Positions 13,520 to 26,604 are shown, counted from the first letter of the stretch. The stretch: DNA of 64,000 nt from Eledone cirrhosa (GCA_964016885.1 OZ024742.1:142042001-142106000); one strand, 5' to 3'. Translations and numbers: made by a program. The notes: generated by a model from the sequence alone, not told the origin.

Positions 13520-15200
13520 TAATTCTATATTGCAATGACCAGCATATTTAACATTGAAATACGATGGCACCGGGTACTATTAATCTATTATCGAAATCCA
13601 CATTTAATTTTCAGACCTTTGAACCATTATGCCGATGTCTGTACGTTAGGACTCTGGACTGTGGTTTGTTTCCAAAAATTGCTTTGAACAATGCTTTGAA
13701 CATACCCTCATTAATACGTTGAGGCAGTTTCAACAATATATGCCATGTAGCATACATTTTGTAACGTCCTGAAAATAGTCTTGGCTGTGTTTCTGGATTA
13801 CGAATCTAGCGTAATTTCTGGATCTAACTTATAATGTGTTTTTTTCTATTTTTAATATGATTAACATATAATAATAGGGTAGTCAACGTTCCTGAAACTC
13901 TATAGTGCCTCTTTGTCCAGCATCTTTTCTAATACATCGTGTAATAATTTATTAGGTTTCATATGGAAAACCTAATTTGTTAAATATTCTCTATAAGCAG
14001 CTGTTTGACCCAGGGTAAAATTCATCTATAATATCTTTCCAGTTCTGATTATACAGGAAAGTAATAAAGAAATCCGGTTTTCCTAACTTCCGTACAATTG
14101 GCATAGAGGTTTAATATAGTTTCTGTATCCATCGTAGCTCTCCTTTGAATACTATGGGGCATGACTATTCTTTTGTCAACAGTCATCAGTTCTGGGTATA
14201 TAAATATATAAATATATAAATATGTTGATAGAATTTACCTTTGATATTTTTTTTTCTTTGCTCTTATCCGTTGGAATACAACTTCGTTAATATTTGAAAT
14301 CCATATGAATACATATCGTAATAATATTCTGGTGCAAAATGACATGAATAGGGAAGATAATGGAAATCATCGTCCCCTGACATAAACGTATATTTGTAGT
14401 CATCCTTTTGGTAATTTTTCTGCAACGTCGCATGTTCAACCAGCTTCCCATTCTCTCTCACCGAACGGAAATAGCAATGGAAAGTGAAGCGAGTTATAAT
14501 TTGGATGAATAAATTTTATTATCTGAAGAGTAACCTCTGCCACAACAGTTCATTTACGTAGCGTAATAACTCGTTGCAGTGTTTGTGAGGAATGATCTAG
14601 CCTAATTACGGCAACTTCTTTTGCAATTGGCTGATTGTATCTTTGGCTATTAAATGTAGGGAATAGCCATAGAGTAATCCTAAGTATTAACAGTATCCAA
14701 GTATTCGTTGCTATTATCGTAAAATAGAGCTGCAAACTCGCTATTCCTTAACATCATTATCTGAAATAATCCCATAATGTTTTTATCATTATTTGCAGTC
14801 TCTAATCCAGTTGATATGATGAATCATGAATATATATTTAAGCTAACACCGATTCTTTAAGAAAGTTTGAAGCTAATTGATGAAATACTCAACCATGCAT
14901 TTTATGTATACACACTATATATTTTAAATAATGTCCTTTTATACCTACACCTCCTAACAAAGTAAAAGATAAGACGAGTTATAAACCTTAATGTGGGATT
15001 AAAAATTTAGTATCTTTTATATTAGCTAAATTTAAGAGTTCTTTCAGGTGTAGAAGTAGATCGTAAATCGGATGCAGTACTATCCATTCATTGCCATAAC
15101 TCAAATCCAACTGAGTATTTGTTTGAAGCTTTTTTAATCCCTTCAGTAACATTATTGCACCATATTTTAAACATCTACTATCAAGCTCCCCAGAATAGTT
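13520..15200 (-). pseudogene. Decayed Helitron Rep domain
   Basis: Minus strand gives KRIVMP..FKGELRWIQKLY*TSMPIVRKLGKPDFFITF (~14060-14180), VTKCMLHG..CSK (~13690-13770) and DNRLIVP..KYAGHCNIE (~13525-13600), matching Helitron Rep motifs GKPDLFITFT, MIHGPC and DNRWVVPYN..AHINVE; many stops and frameshifts. Confidence 0.75.
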
Positions 15201-16763
15201 AAATTCGATTGCTGCTTCTTCAAATTGATCGATTGTTTTATGTTTTGAATCTGTCCCCGAGCTTGCCTTGTTCTACGAGGCTGAGCTAAAATGTTCATAG
15301 GCTGCCTATGAAGGATTGGTGCTAGAGCTATGAAATCTTGCATGCATTAATTTCAACTCTTCTTATTAATAACTGCATTGCTTCTTTCCAGGGACTATGT
15401 TGAAAAATAAACCTCATTTGGTCTTTATATTAAAGTTTCTTGGTCAGCCTATGAATTTTTCAGTCAACCCTCGTACATGAGACAACCGCCGCAGATGTGT
15501 CTTGCTGAGCATCTTACAGTTACTTTGCAATAAATTTTCTTTGATGTCGGCGTAGTTTCAATGATTATTCGTCTTCCTGTTTCGCTGTTTCGTAGACTTT
15601 GCACCGACGTTACTAAGCTACAACCAATACATCCCTTTTCTTTCACCTCTTGTCTCTTGACACTGGGCGATACTAATCTATTCTCCGGTGTTGAGATGTT
15701 GGCGTCTTATTATTCTGGTCTTTCGCCGAAACCAACTTTAATTGCATTCACTTCTTGTTTACAGTGCCAAGAAATGCAAAAGATAGGAAAGCAGGAGCTG
15801 AAATTAAAACATGTGAAATGTAAATCTTGAAACAATATACTTATAATGAATTGTAATACTAATGATTTAAATGTTTCGAGTGTGGGGATTTGTCAAAGAT
15901 TAAATGACCTGAGTCGAGCGTTAGTGTAAACCTGCTAGGTGGTTGTGGTGTGAGAAGCAGGCAGTCTCGATTAAGTTACACTTCAAACTTGGGTAATCTG
16001 GAAAGAAAACGATAAGAGATGATACGGAACAGTTTGAAGAGAAAGTTGAACGAACTTCTTATATTAACAAAAAAGCAAAGAAAATGAGCAAGGTAAAATT
16101 GAAAGTAAAACTTCTGAAATAGAAACAACTTTTAGCGAAAGATGTTGAATCAACAATGGAATATAATATTTGAAACGATATAGTTGTAATTAATGATATC
16201 AGTTAAACTATAAACGGTTGTATTGGCCATGATAAATATAGACATTGTAGAAAGTCAATAGTATCTGATATTAATAATTTGAAAAACAAGGTAAAGATAA
16301 GTATATATTAACGGAAGTGTAAGACGCTCCTAATTATATATTCAAAATTGAAAACACTAATTATTAAATGGTGTTGGTGAAAGTTGTTGAATTTTTTTAA
16401 TTATCATACATTAAACGATGTAGTAATTATATTACGTATAAAGAACATAACATTTTGAGAAGTTATGATGGAATTATACGTCGAAATTACTGGCTTGGCA
16501 AAACAAGGCTAATAAAGAAATAGGTATAGTGAATTTGAATGAAACTTTAATAATGAAGCTAGATATTAACGAATTCAATGACATTTTAAATCTTGGAGAT
16601 AATTGAGGAAATGCTCTGAAATGTTGTCTTGTATGTGACACTGAGAGGTGGTGGGAGAATCAAGAAGGCAGGGCGTATGACCAATAGGAAGCAATAACAG
16701 ACAAAAATGTTAGTAATTCTAGAGATACAGATATAGTTTATATATATATTAAAAAGAATGAAG

Positions 16764-16907
16764 TGTTAGGTTTTCATTACATTTATTGAGGTGTGATGCG
16801 CGTTTCGCGATTGATCAGCTTGAGGTTCGATCTGTTTCGATCTGGCCCGACTCTGGAATCAAAAGCTCGACGGACTTCTAGTGAACCTACAGTAACTGAA
16901 CGTTACA
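16764..16907 (-). mobile_element. Short solo-LTR-like element (related rearranged copy at 49897-50292)
   Basis: TG...CA termini, AATAAA near the minus-strand 3' end; shares gaacctacagtaactg.acgt.aca and the gatcagc...ctctggaatc block with 49897-50292; no TSD seen. Confidence 0.45.
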
Positions 16908-17419
16908 ACCCCTAAATATATATAGAACAGAGTGTTGTAGATTGCTTGAAGCATTGTGGAATAGGAAATACAAATATAAATAATTTTAAAAGCCCTACAA
17001 TGCATAGAAGATTAAAGATGCCAATATAATAGAGGAAAGAATGAGGATGATAGAATTTTACCTTAGCAAATTTAATTATCTCAAATATTTTCGGGTTTAA
17101 AACCCCATTAACAAGAGAGGATCCGTGTGTAGGTCTTCAAATACATGGTAACTAAGCATAATGTATTCGTCGGTACTCATTGTTTCATGATGTTATCCCA
17201 TTAATCATAGCAGATTAATCCCGCGTGCACCAGCGACCTTTGGGAAAATATTTTTTTTTTCGTCGAATATATTTGTTTTTTTTTTTGTTTTTGTTTTTTT
17301 CTGACTTAGCACTTTTATTCAAGGACACCTTTCACTCGGTATCCTAGCTGCCTGTTGTAGCAGCTAACCAGTGGGTGTGGAATGAGGCGCTCTTGGTGTG
17401 TTGAGGGCGTCTGGTTTCG

Positions 17420-17690
17420 TGAAGGCCAGAAGCTAAAGATAAATTTTATGCAGTGCAAGCAAGGTTTCCATGGTTCATTTATGGTATGAAGGCAAGCATA
17501 TGGGTCTAATGATTTCTTCAATATTAGTCAACTCTCAGTGCTGCAGAATCCGCATATCTTGGATATACTGAATACTCTTATAGTTTCCTGGCATAACTAG
17601 AGAGTTTTGCTGTTCCTTTTGTCCCAGAAATGGTATGACGTCATATGTTTATTATAGCGCTCTTTGAATTGCCGCGCGAACCACGACAAT
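17420..17690 (-). pseudogene. Penelope-like GIY-YIG C-terminal remnant
   Basis: ARQFKERYNKHMTSY..KRNS..SSYARKL aligns with ANRFKQRLYMHTHSF..RRNMTSLSAYIWSL of the PLE at 59922-60530. Confidence 0.6.
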
Positions 17691-17724
17691 TTGGGTTCTT
17701 CAATCCTATATTATTTCAAATAAA

Positions 17725-17930
17725 AGGGTGGTGGATTGGCAGTATCAGTATCGGACAATATGCTTTGCGGCATAGTGCTACGGCTCTTTACGCTCTGACT
17801 GAATTCAAATCCCGCCGAGGTTAGCTTTGCCTTTCAATAAAATAAAGTACCAGTAATACACTGGGGTTGATTTGATAGACTTTCCCCTCCCCAAAATTGT
17901 TGGCCATGTGCCTAAATCAGAAACCATTAT
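17725..17930 (+). mobile_element. tRNA-derived SINE family A
   Basis: gtggattggcagtatc...ttcaaatcccgccgaggttagctttgccttt...aaagtaccagtaa. Confidence 0.85.
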
Positions 17931-18429
17931 TTCAGATAAGTATTGCAACTATCTTTGATAGAGTAAGAAAATATCAGGTATGATGCACCCAGTAACAAAG
18001 AGAGTGCAAATAATGTCCTCTTTGCGAGAGTAAAGGCAATATATTAATCATCAAAACTCCCAGTCTACAATAGATATATTCCTCGTAACACATTTGCAGT
18101 GTCTGTATTTGGCCTCTGAATTTTTTACTGTAAATATTTGCGAGATGTAAGAATTCTGAAACTTTTGTGTTACTGGAGATTTCAACATCAACAGATTAAA
18201 TTTCCCACTTAAAGAGGGCGGCCATTGCATAAAATCTGTTTTAACATCATATGAAACCTGAAATGTAATATTGAACTTTCATCTCCAAAGATTAAAAAAT
18301 AAGCCCAGCATATATCTTGCTTACGTTTGTAAACACAAATATAGAAGAAAGAAAGCATTGTTTGGATAACTAATGAATATTAGAAGAAACAAGGAATATA
18401 AGCGGTCACTGATCTCCCTCCAAGAAACA

Positions 18430-19665
18430 ATAGAAAATAATACCTAGCACAGCAACAAAAACAAACCTCATCACTGAGAAAGTTATACATGGATACTAGA
18501 CCAAAACAACACAGACGATGGATGGGGGTAAACCACTGATATTGTGGCATGATGTACCGAAAGGTTTACAACAATTTACCTTGAATGTTATCACCATACA
18601 ACTCAGGAGCCTGAAATCTCTACCATGTGTCTTCTATTCAAAAGACAGACATCATCATATGAAAACAAAGGTAGATAATGCAAAACTAAAACTATGAAAA
18701 TATACCTCCTCGCAGTCACCTTTCCATAAGTCATGATGTGACAGCCAAAGCAATCTGGAATACAGTAAGGAACCAAACTATAGGAACCAATAAGTATGAA
18801 CACGTTGAGACTGATGGATCGAAAACAAAATGTTGTTGGAAACTAAGAACAAGAACAGCTCACAAATTGAAACATAACCGAGCTGAAAATGATGTTTGGG
18901 TCCACAAAACAAAACCCATGTTCTTTTGTTGAATTTAGCTGCATATTACTACATTAATGTAGTAAGTAAAAATATAAGAAGATATCAATGATGAAGAATC
19001 TACAACTTCAGTACGTCAAATACCCGACCGTTATGGTGGTATCGGTAGAGGGTCGGACACTATGCTTTGACGCATAGAGTTACTCCCCTTGCCATTCTGA
19101 GTTCAAATCGCGCCAAGGTTAACTTTGCCTTTCATCCTTACGGGGTCGATAAAATAAAGTACCAGTAATGTACTGGGTAATTGCTGGCCTTGTGCCAAAA
19201 GTAGAAACAGTTATTAATGGAACGGTGGATTGGCAATATCGATAGAGCATCGAACAATATGCTTTGCAGCATAGAGTTACGGTCCTTTACGTTCTTTGTT
19301 CAAATCCCGCCGAGGTCAGCTTTGCCTTTCGTTTTTACCGGGTCGATAAAATAAACTACCGGTCACACACTGGGTCGATTTAATCGACTTTACCCTCTCC
19401 CACAATTGCTGGCCTTGTATCTAAATCAAAAACCGTTATTATTGGAGCGATAGAATATGGAGAACCTAGATTCATAGAGGAAGGACGCAGCTCCATAATC
19501 CATACGCGATACATAGGACAATAAAAATCCTTTGAAAAAATTTAAATGGTGAATGTTTGTGCAAAGGATAACAAATACAAAATTCATTTTTAATTTATCT
19601 TTTGCTTCACAACCTTGCCATAGGACAGGTGACCGGTCAAATAAAGTACAATAGAGAAGAGAAAA
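18430..19665 (+). pseudogene. Decayed 3' part of an R4/Dong-like RLE LINE, interrupted by two SINEs
   Basis: TAKAIWNTVR..VETDGSKT..WKLRTRTAHKLKHNRAENDVW aligns with IARTIWNALR..IETDGTKEYWWNLKIKTATKLKHNRPDIVVW of ORF 54663-58106; 3' UTR acaaccttgcca...aggtg.ccggtcaaa (19609-19641) matches 58189-58222. Confidence 0.8.
19035..19440 (+). mobile_element. Two tandem SINE family A copies
   Basis: Two consecutive consensus matches (19035-19215, 19222-19440). Confidence 0.85.
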
Positions 19666-19715
19666 CATGCATACACCCACAAACGCCCACTACCTATAGT
19701 TCAGCTACACACACG

Positions 19716-19762
<47 letters not shown>

Positions 19763-20260
19763 GCGGACACGCACATCACAGCTTGCCACCCTCACACACA
19801 CGGCCAGGAGAGGGAGAATAATACATAATTCAAAGTTCCAGCGTAGGTGTGCGCACGCACATATAAACACATACACACCAATAGATCCCTCTCGACTCCG
19901 AGACTACATGCACCCCCCCCCCCCTCACCACCACCCTCACTCACCCCCCCAAAAAAGTTCACTCTGTAACTTGCCCCTTCTTTCCAAACCACTACTTCAC
20001 ACATTTCTCCACATACTCCACGCGTAAATCAAATTAGGACCCCGCCCCTGGAGAGGTAGCGTGTGGCAATAGCTGAAATTGAACAAATAATTCAGTTATC
20101 CACACGCCCTTGAAACGGCGTGAGCTCAGCCGTCGAGTACTAACCATTCACAATACATACACTCTACTTTCCCAAGTATTGAGTACTTAGTTGAACATGG
20201 TCTTACTAAATTGGTAATTCCCAATGTCTCTCTCTTTCCATTTGTCTCTCCTCCCTCCCT

Positions 20261-20377
<117 letters not shown>

Positions 20378-21062
20378 CGTGAATGTGTATGAATATATGT
20401 CTTTGTGTTAATATGTACATATATACACATACATGCATATATGTGCGTATTAAATCGCATGTTTATGAAATTATTTGTAGAATGATAACACTAGTCTAGC
20501 ATATTCTATCAATAATCCATTTTCATGTTTTAGTATATTTGCATGGATTCTTCATTTTATAAGAATATGGTGTTTCATTAGAATAAATTAAATAGCAGAT
20601 GCAAGAAAATGAAGTAGCAACATGTGATCAATTTTTGAAAGTACGGGAGTATCTCAACAAACTGAGACCCTTATTACACTAAAAATGTTTCTACTATGTA
20701 TTTGTAGCTGAAAATATCTTTTCATTGTTTTTCTAGGATCATTGCTAATGTTTATACAAAGATTAGCCCTATTATAGGAGTTATATATATATACATATAT
20801 AACTCCGATATAAAACCTATATATATATATATTAGAATGATCGAGTATCGAAAAATCGGCGCACGAGTTCACGATAAACAAAATTCGAAATGAGCGGCAG
20901 AGGGCTCAATAATTCAGATGAATCAGAGCTATAACTATCGTTAAAATACCGTCACACATAGAACAAGTCTAAAATCAACCGTACGATAAAATTAAAATAA
21001 CAGATTAAAGTTTAAGCAAAGAATCCTCTTTGGATTTTAGTCTTCAATTTTATTATTATTAC

Positions 21063-21096
<34 letters not shown>

Positions 21097-21204
21097 ACGG
21101 AGGAAATGTGGTAAGGAACCAGGTGGACCATAACGCACCAAAGTACTCAATACTTAGAGTAGTAGAGTGGGTATATATATATATACATTTATAACTCCTA
21201 TATA

Positions 21205-21403
21205 AAACCTGCGGCTCAGTAGTTACCGATCATGTTGATCTTTTCTTCTTTTCGGGTTATAGCTACTGTCGCTCAGAGAGTGGGATTGGCTCAGTGCACA
21301 GTCTTTCCTCACTTTAAAACATATCTTCACGCAGAGGCATTGCACGATAGAATTAATTAATAATTATTAATAATGGTACATCGATAACGAGGAAGCAGCC
21401 ATC

Positions 21404-21405
<2 letters not shown>
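21205..21405 (+). mobile_element. Short non-autonomous, probably RTE-derived element (copies at 28283-28428 and 53276-53552 on -)
   Basis: Shared 5' block gagagtgggattggct...ctcactttaaa...ttcacgca.aggc and shared 3' block tcgataacgagg..gcagcca.cat ending in microsatellite; middles differ. Confidence 0.6.
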
Positions 21406-21450
<45 letters not shown>

Positions 21451-21573
21451 AATATATGTATATATATATATATATGTAAATGAAGTAAATCCGTCGGAAA
21501 GGTCCAGGAAAAAAGAGTGCTCTATGTAGGTACAGATCTTAATAGTTATGTAATAAACAACATAAGGCAATTA

Positions 21574-21634
21574 TTTCATTTACCAGTGGTTTCTTGAAAG
21601 CAAACAAATTTTGCTTTCAATCATCAGAATGAAA
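21574..21634 (-). ncRNA. Type I hammerhead ribozyme, canonical core
   Basis: Minus strand: tttcatt-CTGATGA-ttgaaagcaaa[atttg]tttgctttcaa-GAAA-cc[act]gg-TA-aatgaaa; 7-bp stem I, 11-bp stem II, GUA triplet. Confidence 0.9.
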
Positions 21635-21729
21635 ATATTGTGGTGTATTTATTGACATTGGATTTTAAAAACAATATAATCTATATGAAAGTGAGGTTGG
21701 AAAAGGAAGAAGGAAAGGAAAAATAAACA

Positions 21730-21786
21730 CACATGCACACACAATTACATACACACACATATATACATACACATATACATACATAT

Positions 21787-21861
<75 letters not shown>

Positions 21862-21966
21862 CATACACACATACATACACGTACAAATACACATACATAT
21901 ACATATACATACATACACACATATATATCAACATATCCATACATACACATACACACAAATACACAA

Positions 21967-22037
<71 letters not shown>

Positions 22038-22388
22038 TATATATATACATACACATAAACATACATATATAAACACGTACATACACACACATACATACAC
22101 ACATATATACACACATACACAAATATAGATTTATGTTTACACACCTACATACGCACACACACAATTAATTATAAGAAAAAATATAACATAAATACCGTCA
22201 CATAAGAATAAAAATAAATGTAAACATTATTATAAGTTGACAGCGATACAGGCAACAAATAAATGAACAAACACACGTCGTAAGCAATACACACAATTGC
22301 ACACATACATACATATAAATAAATAGATACATACACACACATACATATACATATACACATACATACACATACACATATACATATACAT

Positions 22389-22435
<47 letters not shown>

Positions 22436-22546
22436 CACACACACATGCATACAAATACATACACACACATGTATGTGTGTAAAACTCATTCTTAGATGTA
22501 TTCATTGAACCTTGTTTAACTCTTAAATATATATATATATATACAT

Positions 22547-22594
<48 letters not shown>

Positions 22595-23160
22595 TCATAT
22601 ACACACACACATATATATAAGAAAATACATAAATATTATATATATATAAAAATAAAAAGGTGAAAGGGGTAAACAAATAGTTGGGAATACGACAAATAAT
22701 AAATAAATAAATAATTAGAAAAGGGTATAAATGTTTATAGCTGATTTAGAGCACTCAACAAGTTCCTGGATCAAATGATCAATGAAAATAAGCATTAAAT
22801 CCGTATGTAATTTTGCATATACATACACATACATATATATACATATATATATACACACACACACAGCCATACAAATACACACATATACATACATATACAT
22901 ATATATATATATATACATATAGTAAAAAGTATGACCCCGACGGTAGAGCTCAAGCCGTTCTGAGGCTATTACATATATACACACATAAACAATTATATAA
23001 AAATACACATATACACACACCCACACATATCTACAAAAAGTTACGTCACCACCTTAATAAAAATACACACACACACAAATACAACAGAAGCATATAAAAT
23101 ACAATTATATACACACATACATATACATACAGATATATATAATTATATATACACATACAT

Positions 23161-23221
<61 letters not shown>

Positions 23222-23230
23222 ACACACACA
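21730..23230. repeat. (CA)/(TA) low-complexity tract
   Basis: Direct inspection. Confidence 0.9.
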
Positions 23231-23428
23231 CAGAGAAATAAATATCTAAAAATAAAAAAAGGTGAGTATGAAAAGAGTAAGGTCGAAAGTAGGGGGGAAT
23301 ATGGAAAAAATGACATAGGAAAAGGTTTAAATATAAGGGGAGATAAGGGAGAAAAAGAATATAAGAGTAAAGAAAGTGAGTTCAGAAGGTAAAAAATCGT
23401 AGTGGATGTAAGGCGTAGAGAGTTACCT

Positions 23429-23498
23429 TATTTTATTTGATGAGAACACAATTTTTGTCCCAGGATGATGTTGTTTTCGGAATGCGCATAATAAAATA
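23429..23498 (+). ncRNA. Degenerate hammerhead (family of 23706-23776)
   Basis: tattttat-TTGATGA-gaac...tttc-GGAA-tgcgca-TA-ataaaata; two core substitutions. Confidence 0.6.
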
Positions 23499-23705
23499 TA
23501 TGGAACTTTTTTAACCATCTTTTAATTTCTTCTTTATATATACTCCAGTTCTACTAACTGTCGAGTGCTACTTTTCTGATATATGCATAGTTTTATTGTT
23601 CTACAATATTACTCACCTCCTACATATGTGTATATATATATATATATATATATGTGTGTATATATATGTATATATATATACACAGATGGTTAAAAGAGTT
23701 CCATG

Positions 23706-23776
23706 TATTTTATTATGCGCATTTCAAAAACAAATATCACAATGGGATGATATTTGCGTTCTCATCAGATAAAATA
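23706..23776 (-). ncRNA. Type I hammerhead ribozyme with palindromic stem III
   Basis: Minus strand: tattttat-CTGATGA-gaacgcaaatatca[tcccattg]tgatatttgttttt-GAAA-tgcgca-TA-ataaaata; AUA triplet. Confidence 0.85.
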
Positions 23777-24290
23777 GTGAGACATGATATGAAGCTTAAA
23801 AAACACTTGCGAGCAGTGAAGTGTTAAATCAACATATGAAAAATAAAGTAAGATGGATATATGAGATTTGGAAAAAAAATGGGGGGGGGGAGTAAGGAAG
23901 AGGAAGAAAGAAAATAAAGGATGACGGGGGAGGAGTATAAGGAGGAAGGATGAGAGAGGAGGAGAAATGAGTGAGAGAGAGATAGCCTTTAAAACTTAGA
24001 AACACTGTCTCACCGAGAGAAATTTAAAAAAACCGTTGTAAGATAATAGATAATTTAAAAAGATTTTGAAATTAAAAGTTAATGAGGTTTATGAATGGTG
24101 ATGTTTATGATTAAAGAAAAAGGAATTAAGAATAGTATTTATTTAAGGTTTATTGAAGGGTTTAATAATATGTGCGAAAAAAGAATTTATTAATATGTAT
24201 TATTAAAATTAAAATATTAAGGTGAATGAAGGAGAGATTAAATGAATTTGTGCTACAATAAAACTCACCTCCTACATATATATAATATAT

Positions 24291-24590
24291 ATATTAGTAA
24301 AAAGGAAAAGAAAATGCTGACAAATTTTTCCCAGTGAAAAATAGTTTAATTAGGAATAAGTATAAATTAGTAATAGGTATTAGTTAGTATTCAGTTTTAG
24401 TTTTAATTTTTTACCGGTTGCGCATTTCTTATGCTTTTCAAAAATAATTTTGAGATAGAGTGCTCGTGATTTTTGCTCTACTAAAACTGAATACTAACTA
24501 ATAATTATTACTAATATATACTTATTCCTAATTAAACTATTTTTCACTGGGAAAAATTTGTCAGCATTTTCTTTTCCTTTTTACTAATAT
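24291..24590. repeat. ~110-bp inverted repeat enclosing a hammerhead variant
   Basis: 24291-24401 is the near-perfect reverse complement of 24480-24590. Confidence 0.9.
24405..24449 (-). ncRNA. Minimal hammerhead variant (U3-A8 core, GCAA instead of GAAA)
   Basis: Minus strand: ttt-TTGAAAA-gcat[aagaa]atgc-GCAA-ccgg-TA-aaa. Confidence 0.65.
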
Positions 24591-24655
24591 ATCACAACTC
24601 GTGTATCGCACCTCTATTTTTTTAAATATATATATATATAGATATATAGATATAT

Positions 24656-24708
<53 letters not shown>

Positions 24709-24715
24709 TATATAT

Positions 24716-24753
<38 letters not shown>

Positions 24754-24973
24754 GCGTATTTTCGTTTTCTATTATATATAGGCCTGCTATTATGGGTCTT
24801 AATTTAAGGTCATCGGGAGGGGCTATATTGATGTAAACGTCTGTGGCTTGCTTGCAGGCCCTACCTATTACTTCGCTTTTGTGTGTCTTGGAGATACCGT
24901 AGAAGAGGCTGGTTCTGCTTTTGAAATTGGTGATGTAGTTGTATTCCTTGTCTCTAAGGTCTGCAAGCCTTAA

Positions 24974-26604
24974 GGCCTGCAAGCAAGCCACATACGTTTA
25001 CATCAATATAGCCCCTCCTGATGTCCTTAAATTAAGACCCATAATAGCAGGCACCACATGTGAAACCCACCGCCTAAGAAACTTCTTAGATATTCTGCTT
25101 AAACCTTTCCTAAAACACATAAAAAGCTTCATAAGGGACGACCTTGACATGCTCAACCACCTCCCAACAACACTCAATAATGAATATACCCTACTAGTAA
25201 CCTTTGATGTCATCAATTTATATTCCAATATCCCACACAACCTAGGTATAGAGACAATACAATTCTGGCTTGAAAATTTTCCTAGTGAACTCCCACAGCG
25301 CATCCCTAAAGAATTTGTGTTGGAGGGACTCAAATTCATTTTGGAAAACAATTTCTTCGAATTCAATGCCAAATACTACAGACAGAAATCTGGGACTGCC
25401 ATGGGCACGAAAGTGGCCCCCTCATACGCCAACCTTGTCATGGAATATTTGGAAACCACCCTCTACCGCAAAGTTCTAGACAAATACGGCAACCACTTCT
25501 ACCAACACATAGAAAAGAACTGGAAGAGATATCTGGACAACTGCTTCATCCTCTGGCAAGAAAGTATAGATAGACTGTTTGAGTTTAAAACCCTTCTGAA
25601 TGAGCTCAACACTAACTTACAATTCACAATGGATTACAGCCATGAACAACTCCCTTTCCTCGACATCCTCATCAAGAAAACAAGCAACAGAATATAAACA
25701 GACATATACTACAAACCCACAGACTCCAAACAATACCTTCCATTCAACTCGTGCCACCCTAGACACACCAAAATGGCAATTCCTTATAACCTAGCCAGAA
25801 GGATCTGCACAATAGTTTCAGATAAATACACATGCTACACACGACTAGAAGAATTAAAAAAACACACTTATCAGCAGAAACTACCCACCATCACTAATCA
25901 ACAATGGATTCCAACGTGCCTTAAAACTAGACATCCAGGAACTCAGACATCCCAAACCCAGGAATGAACCGCAACAAAAAACTCTACCATACATCTCCAC
26001 ACACAACCCCCTCAATGAGGCATTCGACACCATCCTCCAGAATATTCCTTTCCTAAAAAGAGACCCAAGAATGAACAAAATCCTCCAAACACACAACATC
26101 ATAAAGAGCAAAAGACAACCTAAATCCATAAAAAACATCCTCACACAAGCCAAAATCCAACAAACTCTCACAATGAACCCTACAGTAACAAAATGCGGAA
26201 GGCCCAACTGTGGCATATGCATAAATCTAATAGAAGGTTCAACATTCCATTTTAAACAAGGACAGCGTTTTACAGTTAAACACAACTTTACATGTGCATC
26301 TGAAAACCTAATCTATGTTTTGACCTGCTCAGGTTGTCAAGAGCACTACATAGGACAGACAAAAAACAGCCTCTGTCAACGTATGACCGTCCATAAATCA
26401 TAAATTAAAATACAGGAATACAGAAAGATTGCATTTAGTGAACATATCGCCAATTGTGCTCACAACCAACATCCAAACTTTAAAATTTTGCCCATTTACA
26501 AATTCATAGACAACGCTACTTTCATCCAACGTACCAATAAGGAAACATATTTCATTAACAAATTCCAACCTCTACTTGATGCTCTAAAAATCGGACCAAT
26601 CTAA
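24974..26604 (+). pseudogene. PLE reverse transcriptase/GIY-YIG endonuclease, disrupted
   Basis: Stops at 25697 and 26403, frameshift near 25860, catalytic YxDD reads YLDN. Confidence 0.9.

Larger units (their letters stand above)
12540..13530. repeat. Degenerate short-unit minisatellite (tagtgacattgtaa-like), interrupted by two SINEs
   Basis: Repeated gtgacatt/atagtgactgttaca motifs at 12540-12965 and 13400-13530. Confidence 0.7.

Noticed and set aside
18160-18195. VTGDFNIN, similar to the APE endonuclease GDFN motif
   Set aside because: Too short, with no flanking homology.
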